Shown here piece after piece: positions 25,420-40,772 of a stretch of DNA of 64,000 nt. Source of the stretch: Eledone cirrhosa (lineage: Eukaryota); the NCBI GenBank assembly GCA_964016885.1, contig OZ024743.1, positions 364,684,001 through 364,748,000 of the forward strand, written 5' to 3'. Both the position numbers and the translations under genes were made by a program. Position 1 is the first letter of the stretch; each line of letters begins with the position of its first letter. A model generated the notes under the pieces. It saw only the letters and a program-made list of their open reading frames with translations, made no database searches and was not told where the DNA came from.

Positions 25420-26130
25420 CATTCTATTTAAAGATGAACAAATTCAAAATATTCTAGAAACACACAAGAATTTCAAAAGCAAAAGGCAACCAAAATCACT
25501 AAAATACATCCTCACTGGTACAAAGACACAAACCTATCTCCAACCTTATGGTAACAAAATGCGGAAGAACAATCCGTGGAACATGCCTATATTTAATTGA
25601 AGGACAAACATTCACGTTTAAAGATGGCCAAACTTTGACAGTGAAAAACAACTTCACTTGCAACTCGGAGAACCTGATCTATGTAATCACATGTGGTTGT
25701 CAACATAACTATATAGGACAGACGGGGGTGCCATTACGCAAAATAATGACCATCCATCGCCAACAAATCCGAGATGTAAACACAAGGAAAATCCCCTTAA
25801 GCAGCCACATTGCAGATTGTGCAGGAATGACTCTACCCAACTTTAAAATCTTCCCCCTTTACAAGTGCTCTGATTCTTTCACTCAACAACAAAGAATAAA
25901 TAAGGAAAAACTATTCAAACATTTGATTTTGATTTTAATTTTAAACCTTTCGTTTTTAACTCCTATCAACTCTTTTTAATTTTTTACACCCAACATTTGA
26001 CAAGATGGATTTTAATAACACATCGAAACCGGTAATTCTTCATATACTTTACATACATCATAACATTTAAAAAAAAAAAGAATTGTCCCTCTCATTTTTT
26101 AATAACATTATCTTTTCAATAATGTCACTT
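25420..26130 (+). mobile_element. 5'-truncated Penelope-like element (Neptune-like GIY-YIG endonuclease) with pLTR
   Basis: ORF 25548-25979: FTCNSENLIYVITC..YIGQT..HR..PLSSH. An HHR motif lies directly downstream. Confidence 0.85.
25992..26039 (+). ncRNA. Hammerhead motif with U3-A8 core variant
   Basis: AACAT-TTGACAA-GATG...CATC-GAAA-CCGG-TA-ATTCT. Stem I is decayed. Confidence 0.6.
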
Positions 26131-26301
26131 TGATGAATCAAAAATGAAAAACAGACCCTTAAATATATCTCCCGTGCTATTCCCAACTTCATCTTTTCTC
26201 TCTATCCACTGTTTTGTATAGAATCCTTACTTCCCTTTTCTAATATATACGTATATATATATTTATATATATACATACACACACTCACTCACTCACAGAC
26301 A

Positions 26302-26358
<57 letters not shown>

Positions 26359-26489
26359 GCAAAAATTTATTTAAAATTGTTGGGTTACAACGAGTAAATA
26401 TTTTATAACTGATATAAAAGCACTCAACAGATTTTGGAGTATTTTACGATATTAAACAAATGGAAACTACATTTATAAAACCATATTTA

Positions 26490-26551
26490 TTTCATTATAT
26501 ATATTTCAGGGATATCATATTAAAAATATGGTATGCCCTCTTCAGACAAAA
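26490..26551 (-). ncRNA. Hammerhead, family E
   Basis: TTTTGT-CTGAAGA-GGGCATACCATATT(TTT)AATATGATATCCCT-GAAA-TATATA-TA-ATGAAA. Confidence 0.7.
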
Positions 26552-26689
26552 TACAATATATAAACAGTTTTATAAATAAATTTGACATACCTTGGAAAAT
26601 TTACAACTTCCATTTAAAAAGTTGTTATGGTAGTGAGAATGTTAATGACAGTTAGAAAGAAAGACGGAGAAAAAAGAAAAAAAGAAAAA

Positions 26690-27228
26690 ACTACTCGTCC
26701 ACCAAAAATTTAGCACAAAATATTAATAGAATAAATAATAGGAATCTAAAACCTAGCCAAAATACCGATAATAGCATAAACAATATTCAAGTAAACAACT
26801 GTAACTGTAGAGATAGATCTAAATGCCCGTTAAATAACAATTGATTAGTTAAAAATATAATATACAACTGTAATGTTAAAACTGATGTAAATTCTTTTAA
26901 TTATGTTGGTTCCACCTCGACAGAATTTAAACTTCGCTATAATAATCACAAGAATTCTTTCACGGATCCAAACAAAAAATCTTCAACATCACTATCAGGC
27001 TTACTCTGGCAACTTAAACATGATAACGTTGGATATTCGATGGTTTGGAATATAGTCTCAAGAGGGATTCCTTTTAACTCCTCCTCTGAGACATGTGACC
27101 TCTGCGCGGAGGAGATATTCTTTATACTGAAATCTAAAAATTCCCTTAATTTACGGACCAATTTATTCAGTTGCTGCAGACATAGATTGAACTCAACTTT
27201 TAAATATAAATATAAATTTAAAATGTAG
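26690..27228 (+). mobile_element. Penelope-like (Naiad-like) linker and GIY-YIG fragment
   Basis: CNCRDRSKCPLNNN*LVKNIIY...YVGST..FKLRYNNH...LWQLK..W.I..CDLCAEE..CRH. There is a single in-frame TGA at 26842. Confidence 0.85.
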
Positions 27229-28758
27229 TATATTTACTTAAGACTTTTAATTACTTTTTAATTATTTTTTAATTATTTTAGAAAACTTGGCGATAAATCT
27301 TTCGATTCCTTCAATTCTTTAAACCTTCTTCATGGGTATATAATTAATAATGTAATTAAACTACCTTAAAATGGGGATGCTCACAATTTTTTAAAGCTAG
27401 ATAAACTTCTATAATTAATATAAGAGCATCTGTAGAACAACCGGGTATCCTAAAGTTTTTTTGAAGGATTTCTGCTAAATAGGTTTGGTGAATAATTTTG
27501 GTTTTGTTTGCTTTTGATTCTGATTACTTCTAATGAACTTGGCAATATATTGTCAAATAAATTGGAAGGATTGATTGATATGCGGGGCACAATGTGTTTT
27601 TTACGGCCCTAGATATTCTGGGGAGTGAAATATTCTTGGCGTTTTTAATATTTTAGTATTTTAATATATTGATATCTGTTCTATTCTATGCTTGAACGAT
27701 AATCATGTATGAGAGGGCAAGAATATTATTATTATTATTACTAATAATGTATATTTTATGTATATGTATGTATGTATGTACATATATGTACGGTAAAATC
27801 TATTTTAACGCAATGAAGCTTTTCACGTGAAATAAAAATTTACAGAGCTGTTCACGTGGGCTCACATATGTCTATAATGTCAATTTGAGATAACCTTCTC
27901 TTTTTCTTTCTCTTTTTCTTTTTTCTCCTTTTTCATGAAAATACATATATACTTATGTATTTCAGTGTTTTTTTTGAAGTTTTATCTCAGATTTTGATTG
28001 TAAACCTAAGAATTTTTAAACTAAACATATAGTCATTATTTTTTCACACATTATTGATATGTGTCTCATTCATGAATATTGATATTTACATTATAATTCA
28101 TAGGAATTGATAGACTGATGAAACATAATATTTTAAAACTATCATTTTTATTTCTAAGTATATCTCCTCTCCTCCTCCCTCTACATTTAACGGGACGTAT
28201 GTATCGGCTATTTTAACTCTATCTCCTGTATCTCACCCCTCCCCTATCTCTCCCACCTCGTATAATAGATATTACTCGATCTACCTCTCCTTATTTATTT
28301 TTGTTTTTGTTTTATTTCTCCCCGTATCCTTAACACTAAATAAATAATACTTCCTCATAAATCTCTCTTTAATCTCTTCCTCTTCCCTCATAAATCTCTC
28401 TTTTTATTACAAAAAGCCAGATAATTACAAAAAGCCAGAAGAAATACCACAGAGCTTCTGGTCTGACGTTCTAACGATTTTGTTAATTCACCTTCTGTCT
28501 ATCTGGAGGTCCAACATGAACCACGTATCAGGAAACTTAACAGGATCCCGTGTAATAAGACACACACTCGTCAAAGTCTTCCGACCTCTTCAGGTGCAGA
28601 TAATATATTTGGTTAATGTCTACTTGTTATTTCTTTAGACTGCTTCAATTTTCGTGACGTTGAGTGTATAAGAGAACAAGGCTTAATTGTATCTTAGCTC
28701 AAGCAAGATGGCCATTGAGAAGCTCAAATAGTCGCTTGAGGATTAATATGTACAGAGT

Positions 28759-28797
<39 letters not shown>

Positions 28798-28889
28798 GCT
28801 GAGTAAAACGAATGAATCTGAGCAGCCATAACAAATGGTCAATTATATTTATCAAGAGAAAATACCGCAGAAAATAGTGTCAGATTTGT

Positions 28890-29090
28890 CCCAATGTATG
28901 GATCAAAATGCTGCCAAGAAATAAAATGTAACCTGAATGTGATCTATGGGATCTTTTCGCAATGAGTACGTAATGAAAATCTGCCTCCTCTTCTGGTCAA
29001 ACAAAGTATCAAATGAAGAACTGTATCACAAACCCGGTTACAATAGTGTGTTCCATGAAATGCCGGTGTCACTAATGGCTAGGTCATGCC
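28890..29090 (+). mobile_element. RTE-like LINE fragment
   Basis: MYGSKC...KICLLFWSNKVSNEELY...WLGH, degenerate. Confidence 0.6.
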
Positions 29091-29094
29091 CATC

Positions 29095-31330
29095 CTCGCT
29101 ACGTTCACCCACCTTCACCCACCTTTTAACAAATGTACTGGGGGAAGTACTTCCCTATTCACCCTCCACTTTCTTTCCAAGAGGAATTTAAAAAAATCAA
29201 TGAGAGTTTGGTCGAAAGGGAAAGTATCTGTCTTCAGTCCTTTCGGCCGCATCCACCACGCAACCTCTTTCGTCATAGTCACCAGACAAGAAAACTGCCT
29301 GCTCTTTCTGGCCAATAGAAGGCGGCGGAGCGATCTTCACGATAGAGTCGGCTGATAGCCGGACCCGCCCTACGTACAACTGCTGTTCGACAAAATTCCA
29401 CAAGACCACAATAACTGGGCACTGGACGAGTGAGTGCAGAATGGTTTCGCCGCTCTGTGTGAATCTCGAACAGCCCTGTCTGACAAGATTTCCGTGCCTG
29501 TAGAGTTTGTTTCTAACCAACAGGAATTTCTGGAAACTGTCCATAGTCCCCGGCTCGAAATTCCTCCGGACCAGACTGGCTAGTTCGTTCTCGTCGACAC
29601 CTACAGTCTATCCGGGAACGTCGTCGCGCTTGTCCTATAATAGTCCTCTATGTAGAGTTTCCACTGGCCGCATTGCCTGCCTGGCAACATTCCAGGCAAC
29701 ATACCAGGTGCCCAGTCGGTCTTCGCTTGACACAGGACGGCAGCTCAGCCAAAGAGACGAACTGCGGAAAGATGTGCCTGACAAAGAGCAAACACACCTG
29801 TTCAGCAGTTAGGGATATCTGCATTTGTGTCTGTATTTGTTGTGAGAGTGGTTTTTGTGTTTTTTCTGGTGTGTGTTAGTGTGAGGCAAGATGTTTTTGC
29901 TTTGTGTTTCCTTTTTATTTTTCGTTTTTGTGGTTCCTCTTCTTCACTGGGAGATGATGTGTTTGTGATTGAGAAAGATGGAGTGGAAGTATGTGTGTGT
30001 ATGTGTGTGTATGTGCGCGTATTTAGAAGGGGTGGGAAGAATTAAGGACACGGAGAGAGAGAGAGAGAGCGTTACTTGAAGACCCTCTGGGTGGATTTGA
30101 TGCTTCTTGCTGTTGTTGGAGGTAATGGCGGTCCTGTTGCTGCTGTTAATTGTGTTGTTTGTCTTGTTGGTGCTAGTGTTGCTGTGCTGATACTGCAGTT
30201 TTTGGTGCCACTGATGTTGATGTTGTTGTTGTTGTTGTGGCTTTTGAGGTCCTTGTTTCGACGGCATGGAGGCTCTCTGCTTCCCCGTCTTCTGTTCCGG
30301 GTAAAAAGCTCTTAGATGACCAGTTTCCCCGCACAGATGACAATGGTTTTTTTGTCCTCAATGACTACGTTTAGAGCTACGCCATCCGGTAGGTGAATAA
30401 GGTCAGGGATGTTTTCTATTTTTCAGGTTTGATATAAAGTGAGATTTCTAAACATATCCCTGACTTGTATTCCTTTTGGTTGCACTTGACTTCTATCAGT
30501 GTGTCACTACCCTCTCGTACCACACAGACAAGGACCCGCCATATATCTAACCCTGGTGAGATGCAGGTGACCCTGACCCCCACAGTTCTTCCTCTGTACG
30601 AATAGTATAACACAAATTCGTCTATTCGAACGGGGACTACAGAATGCTTGACGACCAAAGCTTTGGTTTTAAAGAGCACTAAAATACCCGCGTATTTCTT
30701 TATTTTAACTATATACTCTACATCTGGCATAATGTCTTAGTGGTGCCACTTCTGGCCGTCTCCATTTTATACTTATAGTTCTGTAGATCAGTGTATTTTT
30801 TCTTTTGATGCCAACACCTCGGACATGACGGCTATTTCCGCTTAATTAATTGAATGGCTTGTGTCAAATTGTCGTCTTGTTTTCTAATAATTCAGCTGCT
30901 TTTGCAGCCGTGGCTGCAAATGTGTTGTTGTTGTTGTTGTTATTGTTGCTGCTGTTACTGTTGTCATTGTTTTTGTTGTATTTTTAGTTGCTGCCGAGGT
31001 GGGGGTGGGGTGATGGTGGAGGTAGTGCAGTTGGTTTTGGCTTTGCGTAGTATTATGGAGATGGGTGGCGGCGTTCATGACTGCAGACTTTGGCAGTGGT
31101 GGGAAATCAAGTTCAAGTAAACTTTCTGCTGGACGTGATTTTTGGTTTTGGTTGTTGTTGTTGGCAGTGTCTGCAGAGATGGTTGTGTATAATGCTTTTG
31201 TGGCTTTTGAGGTCCTTGTTTCGACGGCATGGAGGCTCTCTGCTTCCCCGTCTTCTGTTCCGCTTTTTCGTGTATAATGCCATCGTTTTTCTTAGAGGAA
31301 GAAACTTCAGTAACTGCCATGTTTTATGTT
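29095..31330 (-). mobile_element. Heavily deleted Tx1-like LINE (ORF2 3' end and ORF1 pieces)
   Basis: MDSFQK...ETILHSLVQCP and MTKEVAWW are homologous to the other two copies. ORF1-like ORF 30416-30730. A ~63-bp duplication lies at 30237 and 31200. Confidence 0.8.
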
Positions 31331-31559
31331 AAATATTGTGGGGGTGGGTGGGCGGGTGAAGCAACAAAATAAATGTAGTTTTATTCCTTTGGGGGCCAAA
31401 GGTAATGGAAAACCGACCAACTTCCGAGGAAGCTGATCGGTTTAGCCACAAACATAAACAAAAATTCCCCGACAAAAAACGTTTCAAAACGGGCAAAACT
31501 GAGCAAAACTGAGCAAAACAGCGTGGCGTACAGTTCTGAAACAATAACATTAATGATGG

Positions 31560-31720
31560 TTTCTAATTTAGATTCTAGGCCAAGAATTTTGGTAGGAGGG
31601 ATAAGTCAATTAAATCGACCTCAGTGCGTTACTGGTACTTTATTTTATCGACCGTAGAATGTAAAGTGCCGGAACTAAATAGCACAATATATTTTGTCCG
31701 ACGCTCTAACCATTCTGCCT
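31560..31720 (-). mobile_element. SINE
   Basis: TCGACCTCAGTGCGTTACTGGTACTTTATTTTATCGAC. Confidence 0.7.
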
Positions 31721-32096
31721 AGAGTTTTACGTGTCCATTAACGTAGTACATGAGAGGCCTATACAAAGTGTGTATATCTTAGCCGAAATCCTTCAATTAA
31801 GCTTAGAAAAACAAACAAACAAAACAAAACAACAAACAAAACAGAGCAAACGAAAATATTTTACACATTATCATAAAACCTCAATTATTTTAAGGGAATG
31901 AAAATAGTATTCATATCTTTTCTTCCGTTGGACAAGTATTTACCAACTGGGAATCGAAACTAGGTTGTTGAGAACTAAAGACGGCGAATGTCTGTCGGAA
32001 CTGATGTGGAACGGCAAGTTTTTATTTTTCATGTTTATTTAGTTTCATTTTTGAGTATTTTAAAGTTTTTATTCTCTTGAAATTTTTCTTGTTTCT

Positions 32097-32700
<604 letters not shown>

Positions 32701-32962
32701 ATTTGTCTAGTATTTTAATTACATTTTATTACTTCCATATGCAGTGAAATCTATTTACACCCATTTTGTTTTTTACCCCTTTACTTCTCTCCTCACACCC
32801 CAAACAACGAATCAATCTCCCCATCAACCACCGCCTTTCTTTTTGTTACGAGACACGTTTCCTTCGTCTGTTTTGTGTCACATTGTCGCTCATATTACTT
32901 CCTATTCAGTTGTCTACTTTTATTCTTTACAAATCACATCTAGCTATCTGTCCGTCCGTCCC

Positions 32963-33042
<80 letters not shown>

Positions 33043-33091
33043 CCTGTCTGTCTACTTATCTCTTTCTATCTCCCCCTCTTTCTCTATTAGC

Positions 33092-33253
33092 GTCGGCTGA
33101 AAAGTTCATAGGCTGACCAAGATACTCTCATGGAATGATCAAATGAATTTTTTTTTCCAATCTAGTCCTTGGAAAGAAACAATGCAGTTATTAATAAAAA
33201 TGCCTGCAACATTTGACAACCCTAGCATCATTCCTATGAACTTTCCAGCCGAC
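33092..33253. mobile_element. Mariner-type MITE
   Basis: Inverted ends GTCGGCTGAAAAGTTCATAGG / CCTATGAACTTTCCAGCCGAC. Confidence 0.7.
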
Positions 33254-33974
33254 CATCTTTTTTTTTTAAAAACTAAGTTCAATATACCACATTTTACGAC
33301 TGTAGGATGGGGGAAAAGGTTATGATTTTCTAGCTCTTCTAAGTGGCTTTACTGGTGTAAGTTGTTGTTTACCCCCAAGTTAGCCCCGGTGGAGCTGAAC
33401 TAGGATCCTCTCGTCTTTTTCTTCAGATATAGTATACTTCGTACTACATTATCCAAAGAGTCTTTTATTCAAGTCGTTAAGGTATGCTTTTAAAGAGATT
33501 CGACTGCTATTTCTAGAAGGTCGAGTGACCATATTAAGGCTTCCTGATGGTGTTTAACGAAGACAGAACCTGTGCATTGGAAACGATTCCCAGTAATTTA
33601 CCTCTTCTTTAAAAGAGTCTCAAATTAAATGCATTCTCCGTCTATTTCAACGATGAACATTCAGTTATTCAGTCAATTGAACGTCCAACTCGGTTATTAA
33701 CGAATAAGTGATTGAGTATTCCACAGATATGTGTACGTTTAACGTAATTCCAAGTTGAATCAGTATAACATATGTAACAAAGCTGGAACTTTGAATTACA
33801 GGTACAAACCACACGAAGGTTACAATCTATTGACAAAATATCCACCAACTCAATTCCACTCACAGGGCTTGGGTCTACTCGAGGCTACAGTAAAGACAGT
33901 GGGATTGAACCCGGAATCTCATGATTGCGAAACGAACTTCTTCACCATTCAGCCATATCTACAACCCTTAGATA

Positions 33975-34180
33975 ATTGTTTCTACTCTAGGCACAAGGCC
34001 AGCGGCTTTGGGAGAGGGGAAAGTCGATGAAATCGACCCCAGTGCATTACTGGTGCTTTATTTTATCGACTCCGTAAGGATGAAAGGAAAAGCTAACCTG
34101 AATCAGATCGTAAAGGGGCGTAACCCTATGCCATAAAGCATATTGTCCGACGGTCTACCGATACTGCCAATCTACCGTCC
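33975..34180 (-). mobile_element. SINE
   Basis: TCGACCCCAGTGCATTACTGG...GTAAGGATGAAAGG. Confidence 0.8.
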
Positions 34181-34539
34181 TCACAACCGTTAGATAATAA
34201 AAATATACTTGTTCTCACGTGGTGCTAATAATGATGGCAATAGTATTGAACGTATTTCATTTTTGGAGGCTACCATTGGTATACCATATATATCAGGAAT
34301 ACAGGATATATGAATAATCATATAAACTCGGAAATCTGTGTTTTGATAAATTTATGGTTTGGTAAGGGAAACCCTATAGTTTATGTTGATTACTGATACG
34401 TGGAAGTGATTAAAAATAAAAATAATATTTCAAAAATAGCTATTTACAGGGACATATATAAGGTTAGAACCCAGGATCTTTTGATCGGAAGAAAGCGAAC
34501 TTCTAATTGTAACAACATGACTAAGATCGGAAATGCATT

Positions 34540-34570
<31 letters not shown>

Positions 34571-35119
34571 CGTGTGCGTGTGCGTGCGTGTGCGTGTGCG
34601 TGTGTGTGTGTGTAAATTTTAAAGAGTTGCACATACATGCACACATATAAATATACAAACGCACAACGCGTAATATTATGTTTGATTAATGGATTGGTTG
34701 ATAATAGGCTGACGTTTCAATGTCTTACGTTATGAGGTCAAATCATGTCAGACTCATTTTGTCATTTATTTCTCAGGGGGAAATCTTTCGAGTAGTTCTT
34801 GTAATTCAATGCAGCTCCGTCATAGTTGACCTTGGGCAATAGCAACAACTAAAATGTCTTTTTTGTCATATCAACATCGGTGAAAGGATTGGCGGGTGTC
34901 ATGATATGAACGCTTCTTTCTTGGCTTCAACACGTAGCCAATTCTAAGAAAAAGAACGGGAGAAAGAGGGAGATAGATAGATAGAAGGAGTGAGAAAGAG
35001 AGAGAGAAAGAGCGAGAGAGAAAAAGAGAGAGAAAGAGATAGATAGATGGATAGAGAGTTAGATAGATAGATAGAGAGAGTGAGAAAGAGAGAGAGAAGG
35101 AGAGAAAGAGAGAGAGAAG

Positions 35120-35175
<56 letters not shown>

Positions 35176-35184
35176 GAGATGAGT

Positions 35185-35352
35185 AGGAGAAATCAAGCTC
35201 TAGTATACGACCGGTACTCTTTTATTTATTGACTCTGGAGGTATGAAAAGCAAAGTTGGCTTCTGTGAGATTTGAACTCAGTGTGTAGAGAGCTAGAATA
35301 AATACCACAAAGTATTTTGTATAGCACTCAAACGACTCCCAATTCGCCACCT
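35185..35352 (-). mobile_element. SINE
   Basis: ATGAAAAGCAAAGTTG...ATTTGAACTCAG. Confidence 0.65.
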
Positions 35353-36499
35353 GAACTAAAACTAAAAGCTGTAGACAGAATCGTTGAAGTAGGGGAACAA
35401 TAGTAATAAGTCTGATTGTTCAGATTTTATCGAGTTTGCACAATACCAAGGTGACGAAAAGAGAGAATCATTAAAGCAGTAATTCTGAAACAGGCGGTAA
35501 ATACTTTACACGAGAGAAATTTAAAATATCATTGGAGGAATTGTGGAGGAATGTTAGTCAGGGAAGAAGTCCAAACCAGATAAGAATAGAATACAATGTG
35601 TGTATATCAAATGAAATATCAATATACCCAAGCATAAGGATGGTCACAAATTAACAGCAGCCTTAACCCCACCCAAAAGTAAAAAAAAAACCCTGCTGTT
35701 TCAATTTTAATAGTTTGGAATTATATAATTATTGAGGTTTGAAATGCTTGCTCATGTTAACATGGTGCTTCAAAATGGAGAAGGAATTGGGGGAAAACTG
35801 GGATTACAAGTGGAGGAATATGACCTGGGTCTCTCAGAACCACAACATCAGATTATGTGGCATGGAGTATTTTGATCCAACTTTTTACGTCTCGAGTCAA
35901 AATATCGCCCAGTCCAACTTTGCCTTTCACCCTTTCGGGGTCGGTAAATAAAATGCCAGACAACTGTGGTTGATTGACAGATTCGTTAGAACTTTGCGCG
36001 AGATATCTTGTGATATCTGTTCCGACTCTGTGTGTTTTGAGCTCAAATCCTTCCTCCTGTCACCAGGAAAATCGTGACATGATAGGACTTAGGCAAAAAA
36101 CACCCAAGAAACATCCTTTGAGATTCAACCCCATGAGAGGCCAGCTGAACCTATGCAAGTATGAACCACACCAATAAGCACAACACTAACACACACACAT
36201 TTATTTTTTCTCCATGGGTTTTGACGATGAGTGTTCCAGTTGCTCGATCAACGGAACAGCCTGCTCATGAAATTTACATGTAAGTGGCTGAGCATTCCAC
36301 AGGCACGGGTACCCTTAACGAAATTTGAATTACAAGTACAGTCTATCCGCCGAGCTTCTAAAAGGTTTCCGCCTACACAATTTCACTCATAAGGCATGGG
36401 TCTACCCGAGGCTATGGTAAATGATACTTGCCTAAGATGCCACGCATGGGACCTTATGATTGCGAAGAAAATTCCTTAACACACACACACACACACATG

Positions 36500-36870
36500 T
36501 CAGTTCAATCGACTCCTGTACTGGACTAGTATTTTCTTTTATCGAACTCGGAAGGATGAAAAACAAAGTTGTCCTTGCCGGGGTTTTGAACACGGAACGT
36601 AAAGATCCGTAACTAAATACTCAAAGCATTTTGTCAAACGTTCTACCGATTCTGCCAACCGATCACATTTAATGTTATATGATTGTTTCTACTTTTGGTA
36701 CAAGGCTAGCAATTTGAAGGGGGAGGGGAAGTCAATTAAATTGAACCAGTGCGTTACTGGTACTTTATTTTATCGACCCTCGGCGGGATTTGAACCGAGA
36801 ACATAAAAAGCCATAACTATATATTAAAAAGCATCTTGTCCGACGCTCCACCGATACTGCAAATTCACCA
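36500..36870 (-). mobile_element. Two adjacent SINE copies
   Basis: GGATGAAAAACAAAGTTG...TTTGAAC at about 36555 and TTACTGGTACTTTATTTTATCGACC...TTTGAAC at about 36755. Confidence 0.7.
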
Positions 36871-37625
36871 GCCTTATTCAATGGTAAGATAATAAAACAT
36901 ATGAAAGAAAGTCTGAATTTCTGAATGTTTGAGGCAATGTCAGGTAGTTTGAAATTACTTTTATGTTATTTTGAATCTTTCTTGTGGTGTTCTTGGGAGG
37001 TGGATTGCAATAAACAATATATCCCTCACTTTCATCACTTTCTGGTTTTGTGCCAATGTTTTGGTATCATGGCCCTTTCCACTACATTCCTTTCATCATC
37101 ATGATGATGATCATCATCATCGTAACCACCGCCACCACCATCACTATCGCAACCACCGTCACCGCACCACCATGACCACGATCACGACGACAACGACGAT
37201 AATCACAACCACACCCATCAGTAAAATGATCATACCTACCCATCCAAGACCGCGAAAAGACGATAACGACAAATACCAGCAGCACCACGACCACTACTAT
37301 CATCAACACCAGCACCAATACTAACACCATCACCGTCATCAACACCCCCACCAACACCACTACCATCAGCCTTCCCATCATCATTATCCTCCTCCCCGTC
37401 TCCAAATATACACTAGTTTGTTGACGTTGTGATTGGTGTCCAACGGTTTGTTAGACACCACAACACAATACGGTTTGTTAATCAGCTTCCCCCTATGTAA
37501 CTCAGTCAGCTTAACTGAGAGGAGGGAGAGGGTTGTCACGGCTTTGAATGAATTAAAAGACACATAGCTAGGTCATTAGAGACCCCCCCCCATATATATG
37601 CATGCATGCGCGCGCGCGTGTGTAT

Positions 37626-37825
37626 NNNNNNNNNNNNNNNNNNNNNNNNNNNNNNNNNNNNNNNNNNNNNNNNNNNNNNNNNNNNNNNNNNNNNNNNNNN
37701 NNNNNNNNNNNNNNNNNNNNNNNNNNNNNNNNNNNNNNNNNNNNNNNNNNNNNNNNNNNNNNNNNNNNNNNNNNNNNNNNNNNNNNNNNNNNNNNNNNNN
37801 NNNNNNNNNNNNNNNNNNNNNNNNN
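37626..37825. other. Assembly gap (200 N)
   Basis: Run of N. Confidence 1.
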
Positions 37826-38020
<195 letters not shown>

Positions 38021-38039
38021 ATTTATATATATATATATT

Positions 38040-38171
<132 letters not shown>

Positions 38172-38181
38172 TATATATATA

Positions 38182-38296
<115 letters not shown>

Positions 38297-38299
38297 ATT

Positions 38300-38418
<119 letters not shown>

Positions 38419-38471
38419 ATATATATACAATATTAAATAAATGGAAAACTATATTTATAAAACCATATCTA

Positions 38472-38533
38472 TTTCATTATATATATTTCGGGGATATCAT
38501 ATTAACAATATGCTATGCCATCATCAGACAAAA
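38472..38533 (-). ncRNA. Hammerhead, family E
   Basis: TTTTGT-CTGATGA-TGGCATAGCATATT(GTT)AATATGATATCCCC-GAAA-TATATA-TA-ATGAAA. Confidence 0.65.
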
Positions 38534-38678
38534 TACAATATAAACAGTTTTATAGATAAATATATTCGACATACCGTAATAAACATCAACTTCATTTGAA
38601 GAGGTTTACTCTTCAAATGAAGTTGATGTTTATTACGGTATGTCGAATATATTTATCTATAAAACTGTTTATATTGTA

Positions 38679-38740
38679 TTTTGTCTGATGAAGGCATAGC
38701 ATATTGTTAATATGATATCCCCGAAATATATATAATGAAA
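38679..38740 (+). ncRNA. Hammerhead, family E
   Basis: Mirror copy with CTGATGA at 38685 and GAAA at 38723. Confidence 0.65.
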
Positions 38741-38793
38741 TAGATATGGTTTTATAAATATAGTTTTCCATTTATTTAATATTGTATATATAT

Positions 38794-38912
<119 letters not shown>

Positions 38913-38915
38913 AAT

Positions 38916-39106
<191 letters not shown>

Positions 39107-39180
39107 ATATATATATATATTGATATATATATTGATATATATATATATATATATATTGATATATATATATATATATATAT

Positions 39181-39376
<196 letters not shown>

Positions 39377-39381
39377 ATATA

Positions 39382-39614
<233 letters not shown>

Positions 39615-39646
39615 ATATATATATATATATATTGATATATATATAT

Positions 39647-39686
<40 letters not shown>

Positions 39687-39698
39687 ATATAGATATAT

Positions 39699-39793
<95 letters not shown>

Positions 39794-39868
39794 TATATAT
39801 ATATATTGATATATATATATATTGATATATATATATATTGATATATATATATATTGATATATATATAT

Positions 39869-39938
<70 letters not shown>

Positions 39939-40044
39939 ATATATATATATATTGATATATATATTGATATATATATTGATATATATATTGATATATATAT
40001 TGATATATATATATATATATATATATTGATATATATATATATAT

Positions 40045-40086
<42 letters not shown>

Positions 40087-40772
40087 ATATATATATATAT
40101 TGATATATATATATATATATATATTGATATATATATATATATTGATATATATATATATATTGATATATATATATATATTGATATATATATATATTGATAT
40201 ATATATATATATATATATTGATATATATATATATTGATATATATATATATATATTGATATATATATATATATATTGATATATATATATATATATTGATAT
40301 ATATATATATTGATATATATATATATTGATATATATATATATATATTGATATATATATATATTGATATATATATATATATATTGATATATATATATATAT
40401 TGATATATATATATATTGATATATATATATATATATTGATATATATATATATATATTGATATATATATATATATAGATATATATATATATATATATTGAT
40501 ATATATATATATTGATATATATATATATATTGAGATATATATATTGATATATATATATATATATTGATATATATATATATATAGATATATATATATATAT
40601 ATTGATATATATATATATTGATATATATATATATATTGATATATATATATTGATATATAGATATAGATATATATATATTGATATATATATATATTGATAT
40701 ATATATATATTGATATATATATATTGATATATATATATATATATTGATATATATATATATTGATATATATAT

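Larger units (their letters stand above)
38428..38784. repeat. Near-perfect palindrome of a family E pLTR fragment
   Basis: Arms of about 176 bp around GTTTA (38604-38608). Confidence 0.92.

Noticed and set aside
28116-28145. CTGATGA downstream of the Naiad-like fragment
   Set aside because: There is no GAAA box and no stem I. At best it is a heavily decayed HHR.
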